Assembly: GCA_963840215.1 (NCBI GenBank)
Contig: CAWIYG010000006.1
Location: 158,932 to 222,931, forward strand
Reading direction: 5' to 3'
Source: an uncultured Gemmatimonadales bacterium
GTDB taxonomy: Bacteria; Gemmatimonadota; Gemmatimonadetes; Gemmatimonadales; GWC2-71-9
Length of the DNA: 64,000 nt
Below, in pieces: positions 1 to 10,631 of the stretch. The position numbers and the translations under genes are program-made. The number at the start of each line of letters is the position of its first letter. Position 1 is the stretch's first letter. The notes below the pieces were generated by a model that made no database searches, was not told the origin of the DNA, and saw only the letters and a list, made by a program, of their open reading frames with translations.

Positions 1-1824
<1,824 letters not shown>

Positions 1825-1846
1825 ACCGCGCTTCTCCTGGGTTGGC

Positions 1847-2416
1847 TCAGGGTGACTCGCGGTGGGGCCGGAAGACAATGTCGAACGCCGGCGTCCAGGT
1901 CTTGCCGCCATCCAGCGATCGCTCCGCCTTCTCGCGGACGTCGGCGCCCTCCTTCCACCAGATCCCCCGCAGCAGCGACGCCTTGCCGTCCGACGTGTGG
2001 TCCGGTCCCGTCAACACCATCCGCCCGCCCTCGAGCCCGCCGTTCAGCAGCAGCAGGCTTCCGCGGTTGGTGACCCAGCTCTGGTGCCACCGTCGGTGGA
2101 CGGGGTCGTAGAGACTGAGGCTCTCACCCGCCAGGCCCTTCGGCTCCTCGTACACCTCCCGCAGCGCGCAGCCGCCGAGCACGATGGTCACCCGATTCCG
2201 CGCCACGACCTTGGCGGGGTTGTCGATGTCGTACGTATCCCAGTCGCCCGCGAAGAAATCGAACTGGCGGAACTCCGGCGTCGCGCACGATTCTGCCGGT
2301 TCCGGCGATGCATCGCGGGGGCCTCGCCACGCCGCGGTCATGAGGACGAGAGCGCCGGTGGCGGCGACGAGCAGGAGCGCCGCGACACGTCGCGGCGGAC
2401 GGAGCAGGTAGGACAT
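1847..2416 (-). CDS. hypothetical secreted protein (DUF1579-like by memory)
   Basis: C-terminal 189 aa of ORF 1847..3841. Start MSYLLRPPRRVAALLLVAATGALVLMTAAW (signal/anchor), then non-repetitive sequence (FDFFAGDWDTYDI...WHQSWVTNRGSLLLLNGG). Begins 11 nt after the corrected alkA stop. Confidence 0.7.
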   Translation of the reverse strand: MSYLLRPPRRVAALLLVAATGALVLMTAAWRGPRDASPEPAESCATPEFRQFDFFAGDWDTYDIDNPAKVVARNRVTIVLGGCALREVYEEPKGLAGESLSLYDPVHRRWHQSWVTNRGSLLLLNGGLEGGRMVLTGPDHTSDGKASLLRGIWWKEGADVREKAERSLDGGKTWTPAFDIVFRPHRESP

Positions 2417-2426
2417 GCATCCCTCT

Positions 2427-4065
2427 CTAGATCGGTGCGTTGGAACGGAGGCGGACGACACGAGCCGGGCCGGTGCGAGATCCGGGCGGGGCGTGCGGCG
2501 ACAGGTACGCCAGCGACAGGTGCGCCGTGGCATACGCACGCCACGGCCGCCACCGCTCCGCCAGCCGGAGCAGGGCCCGGGCGCCCGGCTGCACCGGCGG
2601 CGCGCTGGAGCATCGGATCGGCGGCGGAGAACGCGTCGGGCCACTGGAGGGCCCGCATGACGATGGCGGTGGCGGTGGCCTCGCCGATGCCCGGGATCGC
2701 CGTCAGCGCATCGAGCGTCGACGGCACGTCCGCGCCCGGCCGCAGGTGCAGCCGCCCGCTGGCGACGCCCCGGGCAACGGCGACGATCGCCTCGGCGCTG
2801 CCCGCGGCGACGCCGAGCCGCGCGAGCAAGGGCGCACCGGCGGCGACGACGGCCTCTGCGGTCGGCGCCAGACGGACCAAGTCCGGGAGCTCGGTCTCGA
2901 TCGGCGCTCCCAGGGCCCGGGCAACGTGGCGAAGCGGTCCGTCGGGGCCACGCGCACCTGCAGTCCCCTGCGCCGGCGGTCGCGCGTCGCGCAGCAGCTC
3001 CCGGAGCGCCGCCTCGAACCCATCGAACGCGCCCTGCATCCGGAGCCCCGGCCGCCGAGCGACCGCGGGTCCGAGACCGCCCGCCCGGAGGTGCGCGTCG
3101 ATCACCGACGGCTCGGCGTCGAGATCGAACAGCTGCCGCAGCCGGGCGAGCAACGGCATGAGCGCCGGCAGCAGCGAGGCCGACAGGTGAACCGCGAGCT
3201 CGCCGCCCGGACCGGCGCCCGCCACGCGATCGGCGCTGGCGCCGCGCAGCCGCCGGGAGGCCTCCGACCACACCGCCTGCTCGACCGAGACGATGCCGCG
3301 GGACCCGTCGAGGTGCACGGTCCGGGTATAGCGGCCCCGCTCCACGAGCTCGACGCCGGGCACGGCGTCGGCCGCGAGCCGGTGCAACAGCGCGTCCCAC
3401 GCCAGCGGGGGCCGATAGCTGAGCGTCAGGCGCACGAGATCCGCCGCCGGTCCGCCCGCGTCGCCCGCGCGCGGCGCGGCGCGACGACGCTGGCGGAGCG
3501 CGCTCGGACTCATGCGGTAGCGCTCCTGGAACACGGTGTTGAACCGGCGCAGGCTCTGGAATCCGCTCGCGAACGCCACCCGCGTCACCGGGAGGGTGGT
3601 GTCGGTCAGCAGGCACTTGGCGAGCAGCAGGCGATGCGTCTGCGCCAGCTCGACTGGCGAGACACCCAGCTCCCGCTCCATCGCGCGGCGGAGCTGGCGC
3701 TCGCCCACGCCGAGCTCCCGCGCGAGGTGGCCGACACCGCACCCGTTGAGCGCTCCGGCCGCGATGCGCACCGCCGCGGCCCGCGCCACCCGCGGCACCG
3801 CATCCATCAGCGCCCGCCCCGGCGCGAGCTCGGGCCGGCAACGGAGACAGGGCCGAAAGCCGTCGTGCTCCGCGGCGGCGGCAGACACGAAGAACCGCCG
3901 GCGGTCGGCATACGCCACGCGCGCCGGGCAGACGGGACGGCAGTAGATCATGGTCGAGCTGATGCCGACGAAGAAGACGCCGTCGAAGCGCGGGTCGCGC
4001 GACGCGAGTGCCTGGGCGCAGCTCTCGGGGTCGAGCATCGGCGTTCGGGCGGCGGGGGCGGTCAT
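2427..4065 (-). pseudogene. alkA: AdaA-AlkA fusion (Ada Zn-finger + AraC HTH + DNA-3-methyladenine glycosylase II), frameshifted near 2600-2615
   Basis: ORF 2338..4410 from MTAPAARTPMLDPE. Contains YCRPVCPAR...RPCLRCRP (Ada Cys4), an AraC HTH (VTRVAFASGFQSLRRFNTVFQERYRMSP) and HhH-GPD (LTAIPGIGEATATAIVMRAL). After ...ADPMLQRAAG the listed frame becomes junk. The +1 frame reads ...ARALLRLAERWRPWRAYATAHLSLAYL... (conserved AlkA C-terminal ERWRPWRxYA) and stops at 2429-2427. Confidence 0.85.
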
Positions 4066-4134
4066 GCGGTCAATGTAGCCGGTGGCGCGGCGCGGACTAG
4101 CCGGATTCGGACGTCGAATGACGCGGCTCGGGTA

Positions 4135-4330
4135 CTTCCTCCGGGCCGGCGGGCGCAGGGTGTCGAGGAACAGGCTCAGGATCTCGAGGTTCGCCAGCGC
4201 TGCTTGGTCGGGAAGGAGTGATACAGCGCACCCTTCGTGACGCCCGTCTGGGCCAGAATGGTATCGAGGCTCGAGGCCTGGAAGCCGCGCCGGCAGCTCT
4301 CGTCGAAGGCCGCCGCCAGCAGCTTGACAT
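4135..4330 (-). pseudogene. TetR-family regulator remnant (HTH only, no start codon in frame, frameshifted, truncated)
   Basis: Minus-strand reading VKLLAAAFDESCRRGFQASSLDTILAQTGVTKGALYHSFPTKQ is a typical TetR HTH. A TGA lies immediately upstream of the V. After PTKQ the sense continues in another frame (ALANLEILSLFLDTLRPPA) and runs into the alkA leader. Only about 70-90 codons are available. Confidence 0.4.
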
Positions 4331-4351
4331 ATCACTCGTACGTACGTGACA
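4324..4351. promoter_or_regulatory. divergent control region: TTGACA hexamer plus perfect 10-bp palindrome CGTACGTACG
   Basis: TTGACA at 4324-4329 and CGTACGTACG at 4337-4346, between the TetR remnant (minus) and the VOC gene (plus, AAGGAGG at 4367-4373). Candidate operator/promoter. No convincing -10 hexamer. Confidence 0.3.
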
Positions 4352-4378
4352 ACTGGCACCTGATTCAAGGAGGTCGAT

Positions 4379-4756
4379 GTGCTGCGGGATATCAACGCCA
4401 TGGCGACCATCGCCGTGAAGAAGATCGATGTCGCCCGCCGATTCTACGAGGACACGCTCGGATTCGAGCTGACCGCCACCGAGGGCGACGCCGTGCGGGC
4501 GTACCGGAGCGGGTCATCCACGATCCTGGTCTACGAGTCGAGCTTCGCGGGCACCAACAAGGCCACGAGCGCGACATGGACCGTCGGCGAAGAGCTGGAG
4601 GGAATCGTGCGGGCGCTCAAGGGCAAGGGCGTCAAGTTCGAGCACTATGACCTGCCCGACACCACCCGGCAGGGGGATGTGCACGTCTCGGGGAAAACCC
4701 GCGTGGCCTGGTTCAAGGATCCCGACGGCAACATCCTGTCCATCGTCAACGGATAG
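4379..4756 (+). CDS. VOC/glyoxalase-family protein
   Basis: ORF 4379..4756 with a GTG start 6 nt after AAGGAGG. Sequence AVKKIDVARRFYEDTLGFEL...AWFKDPDGNILSIV is typical of the glyoxalase/bleomycin-resistance fold. Confidence 0.85.
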   Translation: MLRDINAMATIAVKKIDVARRFYEDTLGFELTATEGDAVRAYRSGSSTILVYESSFAGTNKATSATWTVGEELEGIVRALKGKGVKFEHYDLPDTTRQGDVHVSGKTRVAWFKDPDGNILSIVNG

Positions 4757-4896
4757 GTGCGGTCACATGCCTGCATGACCGGCGCGGGCGTGTCGATTCG
4801 GCGGACCTTCGTTCGACGCATCAGTAGAGCCAGGGTGGAGCCGGTCGCTCCCGACCGGACGGCCCGCTCCGACCGTCACCCGAAGGAGACATCACC

Positions 4897-5326
4897 ATGC
4901 GGTTCATGATCATCGTGAAGGCGAACAAGGACTCCGAGGCCGGCGTGATGCCCGAGCGAGAAGCTGCTCGCCGACATGGGCAAGTACAACGAAGAGCTGG
5001 TGAAGGCCGGCGTGATGCTGGCGGGCGAGGGGCTGCAGCCCAGCTCGAAGGGCGCGCGGGTCAAGTTCTCGGGCAAGACCCGCACGGTCGTCGACGGGCC
5101 GTTCGCCGAAACCAAGGAGCTGATCGCCGGCTTCTGGCTGATCGAGGTGCGGTCGAAGGAGGAGGCGATCGAGTGGGTCAAGCGCGCGCCCAACCCGCAC
5201 GAGGGCGAGTCGGAGATCGAGATCCGGCAGGTCTTCGAGGCCGAAGACTTCGGCGAGGAGTTCACGCCCGAGCTGCGCGAGCAGGAGGAGCGGATCCGCA
5301 AGCAGGTCGCCGGGAAGAAGGCCTGA
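4897..5326 (+). pseudogene. YciI/DGPF-domain protein, one frameshift near 4951-4958
   Basis: MRFMIIVKANKDSEAGVMP (ORF 4897, frame 1) continues as (S)EKLLADMGKYNEELVKAGVML...VVDGPFAETKELIAGFWLIEV (ORF 4976, frame 2). Removing one base in cccGagcgag restores MPSEKLL. Confidence 0.8.
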
Positions 5327-5394
5327 GGCTGACCCGACGGGGCAGGCGGGGCGACCGCCCCGCCTTGCCCCGGCCGCCGGCGATGCGTTAATCG

Positions 5395-6692
5395 TTGGAG
5401 GTGACGGGAACCGATACCCACAGGACGATCGACGCGGTCTGGCGCATCGAGTCGGCCCGGCTGATCGCCGGGCTGGCCCGCATCGTCGGCGACATCGGCG
5501 TCGCCGAGGACCTGGCGCAGGACGCGCTCGTCGCCGCCCTCGAGCGCTGGCCGGAGGCCGGCGTGCCCGATAACCCCGGCGCCTGGCTCATGGCCACCGC
5601 GAAGCACCGGGCCATCGACCTCCTCCGCCGGCGGACGCTGCTCGAGCGGAAGCACGAGCAGCTCGGCCACGAGCTCGAGGCCCGGCAGGAGATGGCCGTG
5701 CCCGATCTCGACGCGGCGCTGGACGACCACGTGGGCGACGACCTCCTGCGCCTCATGTTTACCTCCTGCCATCCGGTGCTCTCCACGGAAGCCCGGGTGG
5801 CGCTCACGCTCCGGCTGGTCGGCGGCCTCACCACCGAGCGAGATCGCCCGCGCGTTCCTGGTCCCCGAGCCCACGGTCGCGCAGCGCATCGTGCGGGCCA
5901 AGCGGACCCTGGCCGATGCGCACGTCCCGTTCGAGGTCCCGCGCGGCGCGGAGCTCGACTGCGCGGCTGTCCTCGGTGCTGGGGGTGGTCTACCTGGTCT
6001 TCAACGAGGGCTACTCGGCCACCGCCGGCGACGACTGGATGCGCCCGTCACTGTGCGAGGAGGCCCTCCGCCTGGGGCGGATACTGGCGGGGCTGGCACC
6101 GAGTGAACCCGAGGTCCACGGCCTGGTGGCGCTGATGGAGATCCAGGCCTCCCGCTCGGCCGCCCGGGTCGGCCCCTCCGGCGAGCCGGTGCTGCTGCTG
6201 GAGCAGGACCGCGGGCGGTGGGACCAGCTGCTCATCCGCCGCGGGCTGGCGGCGCTGGCGCGCGCCCATGAGCTGGGGGGCGCCCACGGCCCGTACGCGC
6301 TCCAGGCGGCAATCGCCGCCTGTCATGCGCGGGCGCGCACGCCCGAGGCCACCGACTGGAAGCGGATCGCCGCGCTCTACGGCGAGCTTGCCGAGCGGGC
6401 TCCGTCGCCGGTGGTGGAACTCAACCGGGCGGTCGCGGTCGGTATGGCGTTCGGGCCGGCAGCGGGGCTCGAGCTGGCCGACGCGCTCACGGGGGAGCCC
6501 TCACTCAAGTCCTACCACCTCCTGCCGAGCGTGCGTGGGGACCTGCTCGCCAAGCTCGGCCGCGCCGAGGAGGCGAGCGCGGAGTTCCGGCGCGCGGCCT
6601 CGCTCACCCAGAACGGGCGCGAGCGGGCGCTGCTGCTGGCGCGCGCCGCCGAGAGCAGTCGCGGGGTCGAGGCCGCCCCGTCCGCCCCCTAG
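5395..6692 (+). pseudogene. ECF-type RNA polymerase sigma factor with long C-terminal TPR-like domain (YciI-associated, COG4941-type), two frameshifts (about 5838 and about 5955)
   Basis: Three successive frames. (1) ...DLAQDALVAALERWPEAGVPDNPGAWLMATAKHRAIDLLRR...RLVGGLTT. (2) EEIARAFLVPEPTVAQRIVRAKRTLADAHVPFEVPRGAEL. (3) ARLSSVLGVVYLVFNEGYSATAGDDW...HLLPSVRGDLLAKLGR. Sigma regions 2 and 4 are recognisable. TTG 5395 or GTG 5401 is the start. Confidence 0.8.
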
Positions 6693-6741
6693 CCCCCCGC
6701 CACTTGTTCAGCCGCCCAGCGCTGCTATCCTAAGGTCCGAT

Positions 6742-7447
6742 ATGAGCCTCCCCACCATTCGACAGGTGACCACGGCGCTCCTTGCCGCCGCTTCGACCGC
6801 GGCCTGTGGCCGACCGTCCGGCGCTTCCCAGCCAGCTCCCGAACCAAGCACGTCAACGCCTGAAACCTCGCCCACTCCCAGCACGTCTGAGCGGGTGCGC
6901 GCGGACAGCCTGCGCCGCCCCTATACCAAGGCGGACGTGCAATTCATGACCGACATGATCGGGCACCATGCCCAGGCGCTCGTAATGGCGGCGATGGTCC
7001 CCACGCGCGAGGCCGACCCGGCGATCGGCCGGCTCGCCGAGCGGATCATCAACGCCCAGCAGGACGAGATCGCCACCATGGACAGGTGGCTCGCGATCGC
7101 GGGCAACCCGTGCCTGAACCCGGGGCCGGGATGTCCCATCCAATGCAGCACGACGGGCACGACATGGCCATGCCGGTCATGCTGATGCCCGGCATGCTCA
7201 CGCCGGCCCAGATGGCGGCCTTGGATTCCGCCAGGGGCCCCGCCTTCGACCGCCTGTTCCTGGCCGGCATGATCCAGCATCATCGGGGCGCCGTGACGAT
7301 GGTGCAGCGCCTGTTCGACACGCCCGGCGCCGCCCAGGACGAGACCGTGTTCAAGTTTGCCTCCGACGTCAGCGCCGATCAGTCCACCGAGATCGCCCGG
7401 ATGCAGACGATGCTCGAGGCCCTCACTCCCGAAGAACCTCACCGTGA
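6742..7447 (+). pseudogene. DUF305-family lipoprotein, frameshift near 7090-7100, 3' end uncertain
   Basis: MSLPTIRQVTTALLAAASTAACG (lipobox), then FMTDMIGHHAQALVMA...INAQQDEIATMDRWLA (ORF 6268 frame). It continues in the ORF 7086 frame as RGQPVPEPGAGMSHPMQHDGHDMAMP...FLAGMIQHHRGAVTMV...STEIARMQTMLEAL. The duplicated HH..A..M motif is typical of DUF305. No in-frame stop before 7916. A TGA overlapping the next GTG (7444-7447) is in a third frame. Confidence 0.65.
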
Positions 7448-9479
7448 ATACCAGGACACTCGCCAAGCTCGTCCGCAGGCTTCCGTCCCTCTCGCTCGCC
7501 GTCGGCCTGCTGGCCTCGGCGGCGTGCGCGGGCTCCTCCACCGGGGCCGCCGGCGCGGTGCCGGCGGACGACATGTCCACCACGCCGCCGAGCCCGGATC
7601 CGCGCGTGGGCCTTCGCGCCGGGCTCACGAACGCCGAAGAAGCCACCTGGAACCTGCGGGTCGTCTCGAGGACGCCACCGTCGCCCCAGTTCGTGGGAGT
7701 CACCAACTCCGACCTCGCGTTCACCGGCAGCTACGCGATCCAGGGGAACTACAACGGCTACCAGGTCTGGGACATCGCGAACCGCGCGAAGCCGGCCGCT
7801 CAAGACGGCCTACGTCTGCCCGGCGTCGCAGAGCGACGTGTCCGTGTACAGGAACCTGCTCTTCGTCTCGGGCGAGGGACTCGGCGGCCGCCTCGACTGC
7901 GGCAGCGAGGGCGTGACCGACACGGTGAGCGCCGAGCGGCTGCGCGGCATCCGCATCTTCGACATCACCGACATCGCCAATCCGAAGTACGTCGGCAACG
8001 TGCAGACCTGCCGCGGCTCGCACACGCACACCGTGCTGGTCGATCCCGAAGGACACGGAGAACGTCTACGTCTACATCTCGGGCTCGTCGCGGCGTGCGC
8101 TCGCCGAGGAGCTGCCGGGCTGCGTGCGCGGCGGCGCCGACGGAGGATCCCAACTCGGCGCTGTTCCGCATCGAGGTCATCAAGGTGCCGCTGGCGCATC
8201 CCGAGCAGGCCGCGATCGTGAGCTCGCCGCGGATCTTCAACGACCTGGTGGCCCCGCCGACGCACGGCGAGGCGCCGGAGGACATCGCCGCGAGCACGCG
8301 GAAGATCGCCGAGGCGCGCGCGCAAGGGCGGGTTCATCGCGGTCATCGACAGGCACCGACCAGTTCGTGATCTCGGCCGCAGTTCACGCGGCCGATGCTC
8401 GACAGCATCGTGAAGGCGCGGCGGCACCGGCGACCGCCGACCGCCGCCGACAGCGCCACGCTTGCGCGAGGCGCTGCCGGCCATCGTCGCCGCAGATGGT
8501 CGGGCCGCCGCCGCCGGTGACCCGACGGCACCGCAGCCCGGCCCGACGCAGTGCCACGACATCACCGTCTATCCCGGCCATCGGCCTGGCCGGCGGCGCG
8601 TGCGGGGGCTACGGCCTGCTGCTCGACATCAGCGACCCGGCGCAACCCGATGCGCATCGGCGCCGTCGCCGACTCCAACTTCTCGTACTGGCACTCGGCC
8701 ACGTTCAACAACGACGGCACCAAGGTGCTGTTCTCCGACGAGTGGGGCGGCGGCGGCGCAGCCGAAGTGCCGCGCCACGGACAAGCCCGAGTGGGGCGCC
8801 GACGCGATCTTCACGATCGACCGACCGGAAGATGCAGTTCCAGAGCTACTACAAGATGCCGGCGCCGCAGACGCCGCAGGAGAACTGCGTCGCGCACAAC
8901 GGCTCGCTGATCCCGATCCCGGGCCGCGACGTGATGGTGCAGGCGTGGTACCAGGGCGGCATCTCGGTCTTCGACTGGACCGACGCCGCCGAACCCGAAG
9001 GAGATCGCCTTCTTCGACCGCGGCCCGGTCGACTCGACCCGGATGGCGATCGGCGGCTCGTGGTCGGTGTACTGGTACAACGGCGTCGATCGTGAGCTCC
9101 GAGATCGCGCGCGGCCTCGACATCTTCGAGCTCGCGCCGAGCGCGTTCATCTCGCAGAACGAGATCGACGCGGCGAAGACGGTGCACCTCGACTACCTGA
9201 ACGCGCAGGGCCAGCCGAAGCTCGTCTGGCCGCCGAGCTTCGCGCTCGCGCGGGCGTACGTCGATCAGCTCGAGCGGTCGCAGGGACTCGAGGCGGGGCG
9301 GATCGCCGCCGTCCGCGAGGCGCTGGCCGGCGCGGAGAAGGCCAGGGGCGCCGCGCGGCGTGATGCGCTGACGACCCTGGCGACGGGGCTCGACGCCGAC
9401 GCGAGCGGGGCGGGAGACGCGCGCGAAGGTGCGGACGCTGGCGGGCGCGGTGCGGGAGCTGGCCGGCACGGAGAGCTGA
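7444..9479 (+). pseudogene. LVIVD-repeat-like beta-propeller lipoprotein, about 14 frameshifts
   Basis: GTG 7444 gives VNTRTLAKLVRRLPSLSLAVGLLASAACAG (lipobox). Coherent protein text can be followed only by hopping frames 1>2>0>1... through ORFs 7357, 7838, 8124, 8462, 8551 and 9043. Recurrent blade motifs: NSDLAFTGSYAIQGNYNGYQVWDI, IRIFDITDIANPKYVG, GYGLLLDISDPAQP, GGISVFDWTD, ARGLDIFEL. Natural end AKVRTLAGAVRELAGTES with stop 9477-9479. Confidence 0.7.
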
Positions 9480-9511
9480 GGGGGGATCCGACCCGCGTTA
9501 CTCCTGAGCAG

Positions 9512-9549
9512 AGCGAAGGGGGCATGCCTTTGGGTATGCCCCCTTCGCT
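9512..9549. repeat. 14-bp perfect-stem hairpin AGCGAAGGGGGCAT / ATGCCCCCTTCGCT (member of a GGGGCATG hairpin family)
   Basis: Arms at 9512-9525 and 9536-9549 with a 10-nt loop, 33 nt after the stop at 9479. No T-run follows, so it is REP-like or a non-canonical terminator. Confidence 0.7.
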
Positions 9550-9581
9550 GCGCTCCAGGCTGACGCGGCCTGGAACGGGCA

Positions 9582-9602
9582 ATAGTTGACAAAAGCAACT
9601 AT
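9582..9602. promoter_or_regulatory. inverted repeat ATAGTTG-N7-CAACTAT overlapping a TTGACA hexamer; candidate MarR operator
   Basis: Perfect 7-bp arms at 9582-9588 and 9596-9602, 40 nt upstream of the MarR-GNAT start (9642). This is the only AT-rich patch in the intergenic region. Confidence 0.5.
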
Positions 9603-9641
9603 ATCCCCGATCCTGGAAGGGCCACCTCCCAGGGAGACCCC

Positions 9642-10601
9642 GTGACCACTCAGCTCGCCGCCGCCGCCCGGGTCCGGCGCTTCAACCGCTTCTACACCCG
9701 CCGCATCGGCCTGCTCGATCCGGGCCACCTGCACACCCCGTTCTCGCTCGCGGAGGCGCGCGTGCTGTACGAGGTGGCCCACGTCGACCGCCCGACGGCG
9801 AGCTCCCTGATCGACACGCTCGATCTCGACGCCGGCTACCTGAGCCGGCTGCTCCGCGGCCTGCGCCAGCGCGGCCTGCTCACGGCCCGCGCCGCGCCGG
9901 ACGACCGCCGCGTGCGGGAGCTCGCCCTCACCGCCCGCGGCCGGAAGGCATTCGGCCAGCTCGACGCCCGCGCCACCGAGGCGATCGCCGGCATGCTGGG
10001 CCACCTCTCGGCCGCCGAGCGGGATCGCCTGCTCGCCTCCCTCGGCACGGTCGAAGCGCTGCTCGACGATGCCCCGCCGCCGGCCGAGCGCCGGGGGCCG
10101 CTGGTGGCGCTCCGCGCGCCCGAGCCGGGCGACCTCGGCTGGGTGCTGCAGCGCCACGGCGAGCTGTACGCGGAGGAATACGGCTGGGACGCGAGCTTCG
10201 AACGGCTCGTGGCGAAGGTCGTGGGAGAGTTCGCGGCGGTGGACGCGGGTCCCGCAAACCGATGCTGGATCGCCACGCTCGACGGGGAGCGCGCGGGCTG
10301 CGTGTTCCTGATGCCCGGCTCGTCGCCGGGCGTGGGTAAGCTGCGGCTGCTGCTGGTGGAGCCCTGGGCCCGGGGCCACGGGCTGGGCGGACACCTCGTG
10401 GCCGCCTGCGTTGCCGGGGCGAGGGTTGCCGGGCTCGATACGCTCACGCTCTGGACCAACGACGTGCTCGCGGCGGCCCGCCGGCTGTACGAGCGGGCCG
10501 GCTTCCGGCTGGTGAAGCAGGAGCGGCACCGGAGCTTCGGGAAGGCGCTCGTGGGGCAGACGTGGGACCTCGAGCTTGGGCCGGCGCCGCGACGCGGCTA
10601 G
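9642..10601 (+). CDS. MarR-type HTH / GNAT N-acetyltransferase fusion protein
   Basis: ORF 9642..10601. N-terminal wHTH (FSLAEARVLYEVAHVDRPTASSLIDTLDLDAGYLSRLLRGLRQRGLL). C-terminal GNAT (LLLVEPWARGHGLGGHLVAACV...RLYERAGFRLV). Confidence 0.85.
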   Translation: MTTQLAAAARVRRFNRFYTRRIGLLDPGHLHTPFSLAEARVLYEVAHVDRPTASSLIDTLDLDAGYLSRLLRGLRQRGLLTARAAPDDRRVRELALTARGRKAFGQLDARATEAIAGMLGHLSAAERDRLLASLGTVEALLDDAPPPAERRGPLVALRAPEPGDLGWVLQRHGELYAEEYGWDASFERLVAKVVGEFAAVDAGPANRCWIATLDGERAGCVFLMPGSSPGVGKLRLLLVEPWARGHGLGGHLVAACVAGARVAGLDTLTLWTNDVLAAARRLYERAGFRLVKQERHRSFGKALVGQTWDLELGPAPRRG

Positions 10602-10631
10602 CTCGCCGCGAGTCGCCGGGCAGGCGGGCCG

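Noticed and set aside
4351-4368. Sigma-54 promoter CTGGCACCTGATTCAAGG upstream of the VOC gene; also TGGCATTGCAATAAC at 28944 and the complement of 31975-31999
   Set aside because: The GG-N10-GC spacing rule fails in all three. The -12 position reads AA, AC, or is 15 nt away, so they are not credible -24/-12 promoters despite the TGGCA(C/T) match.
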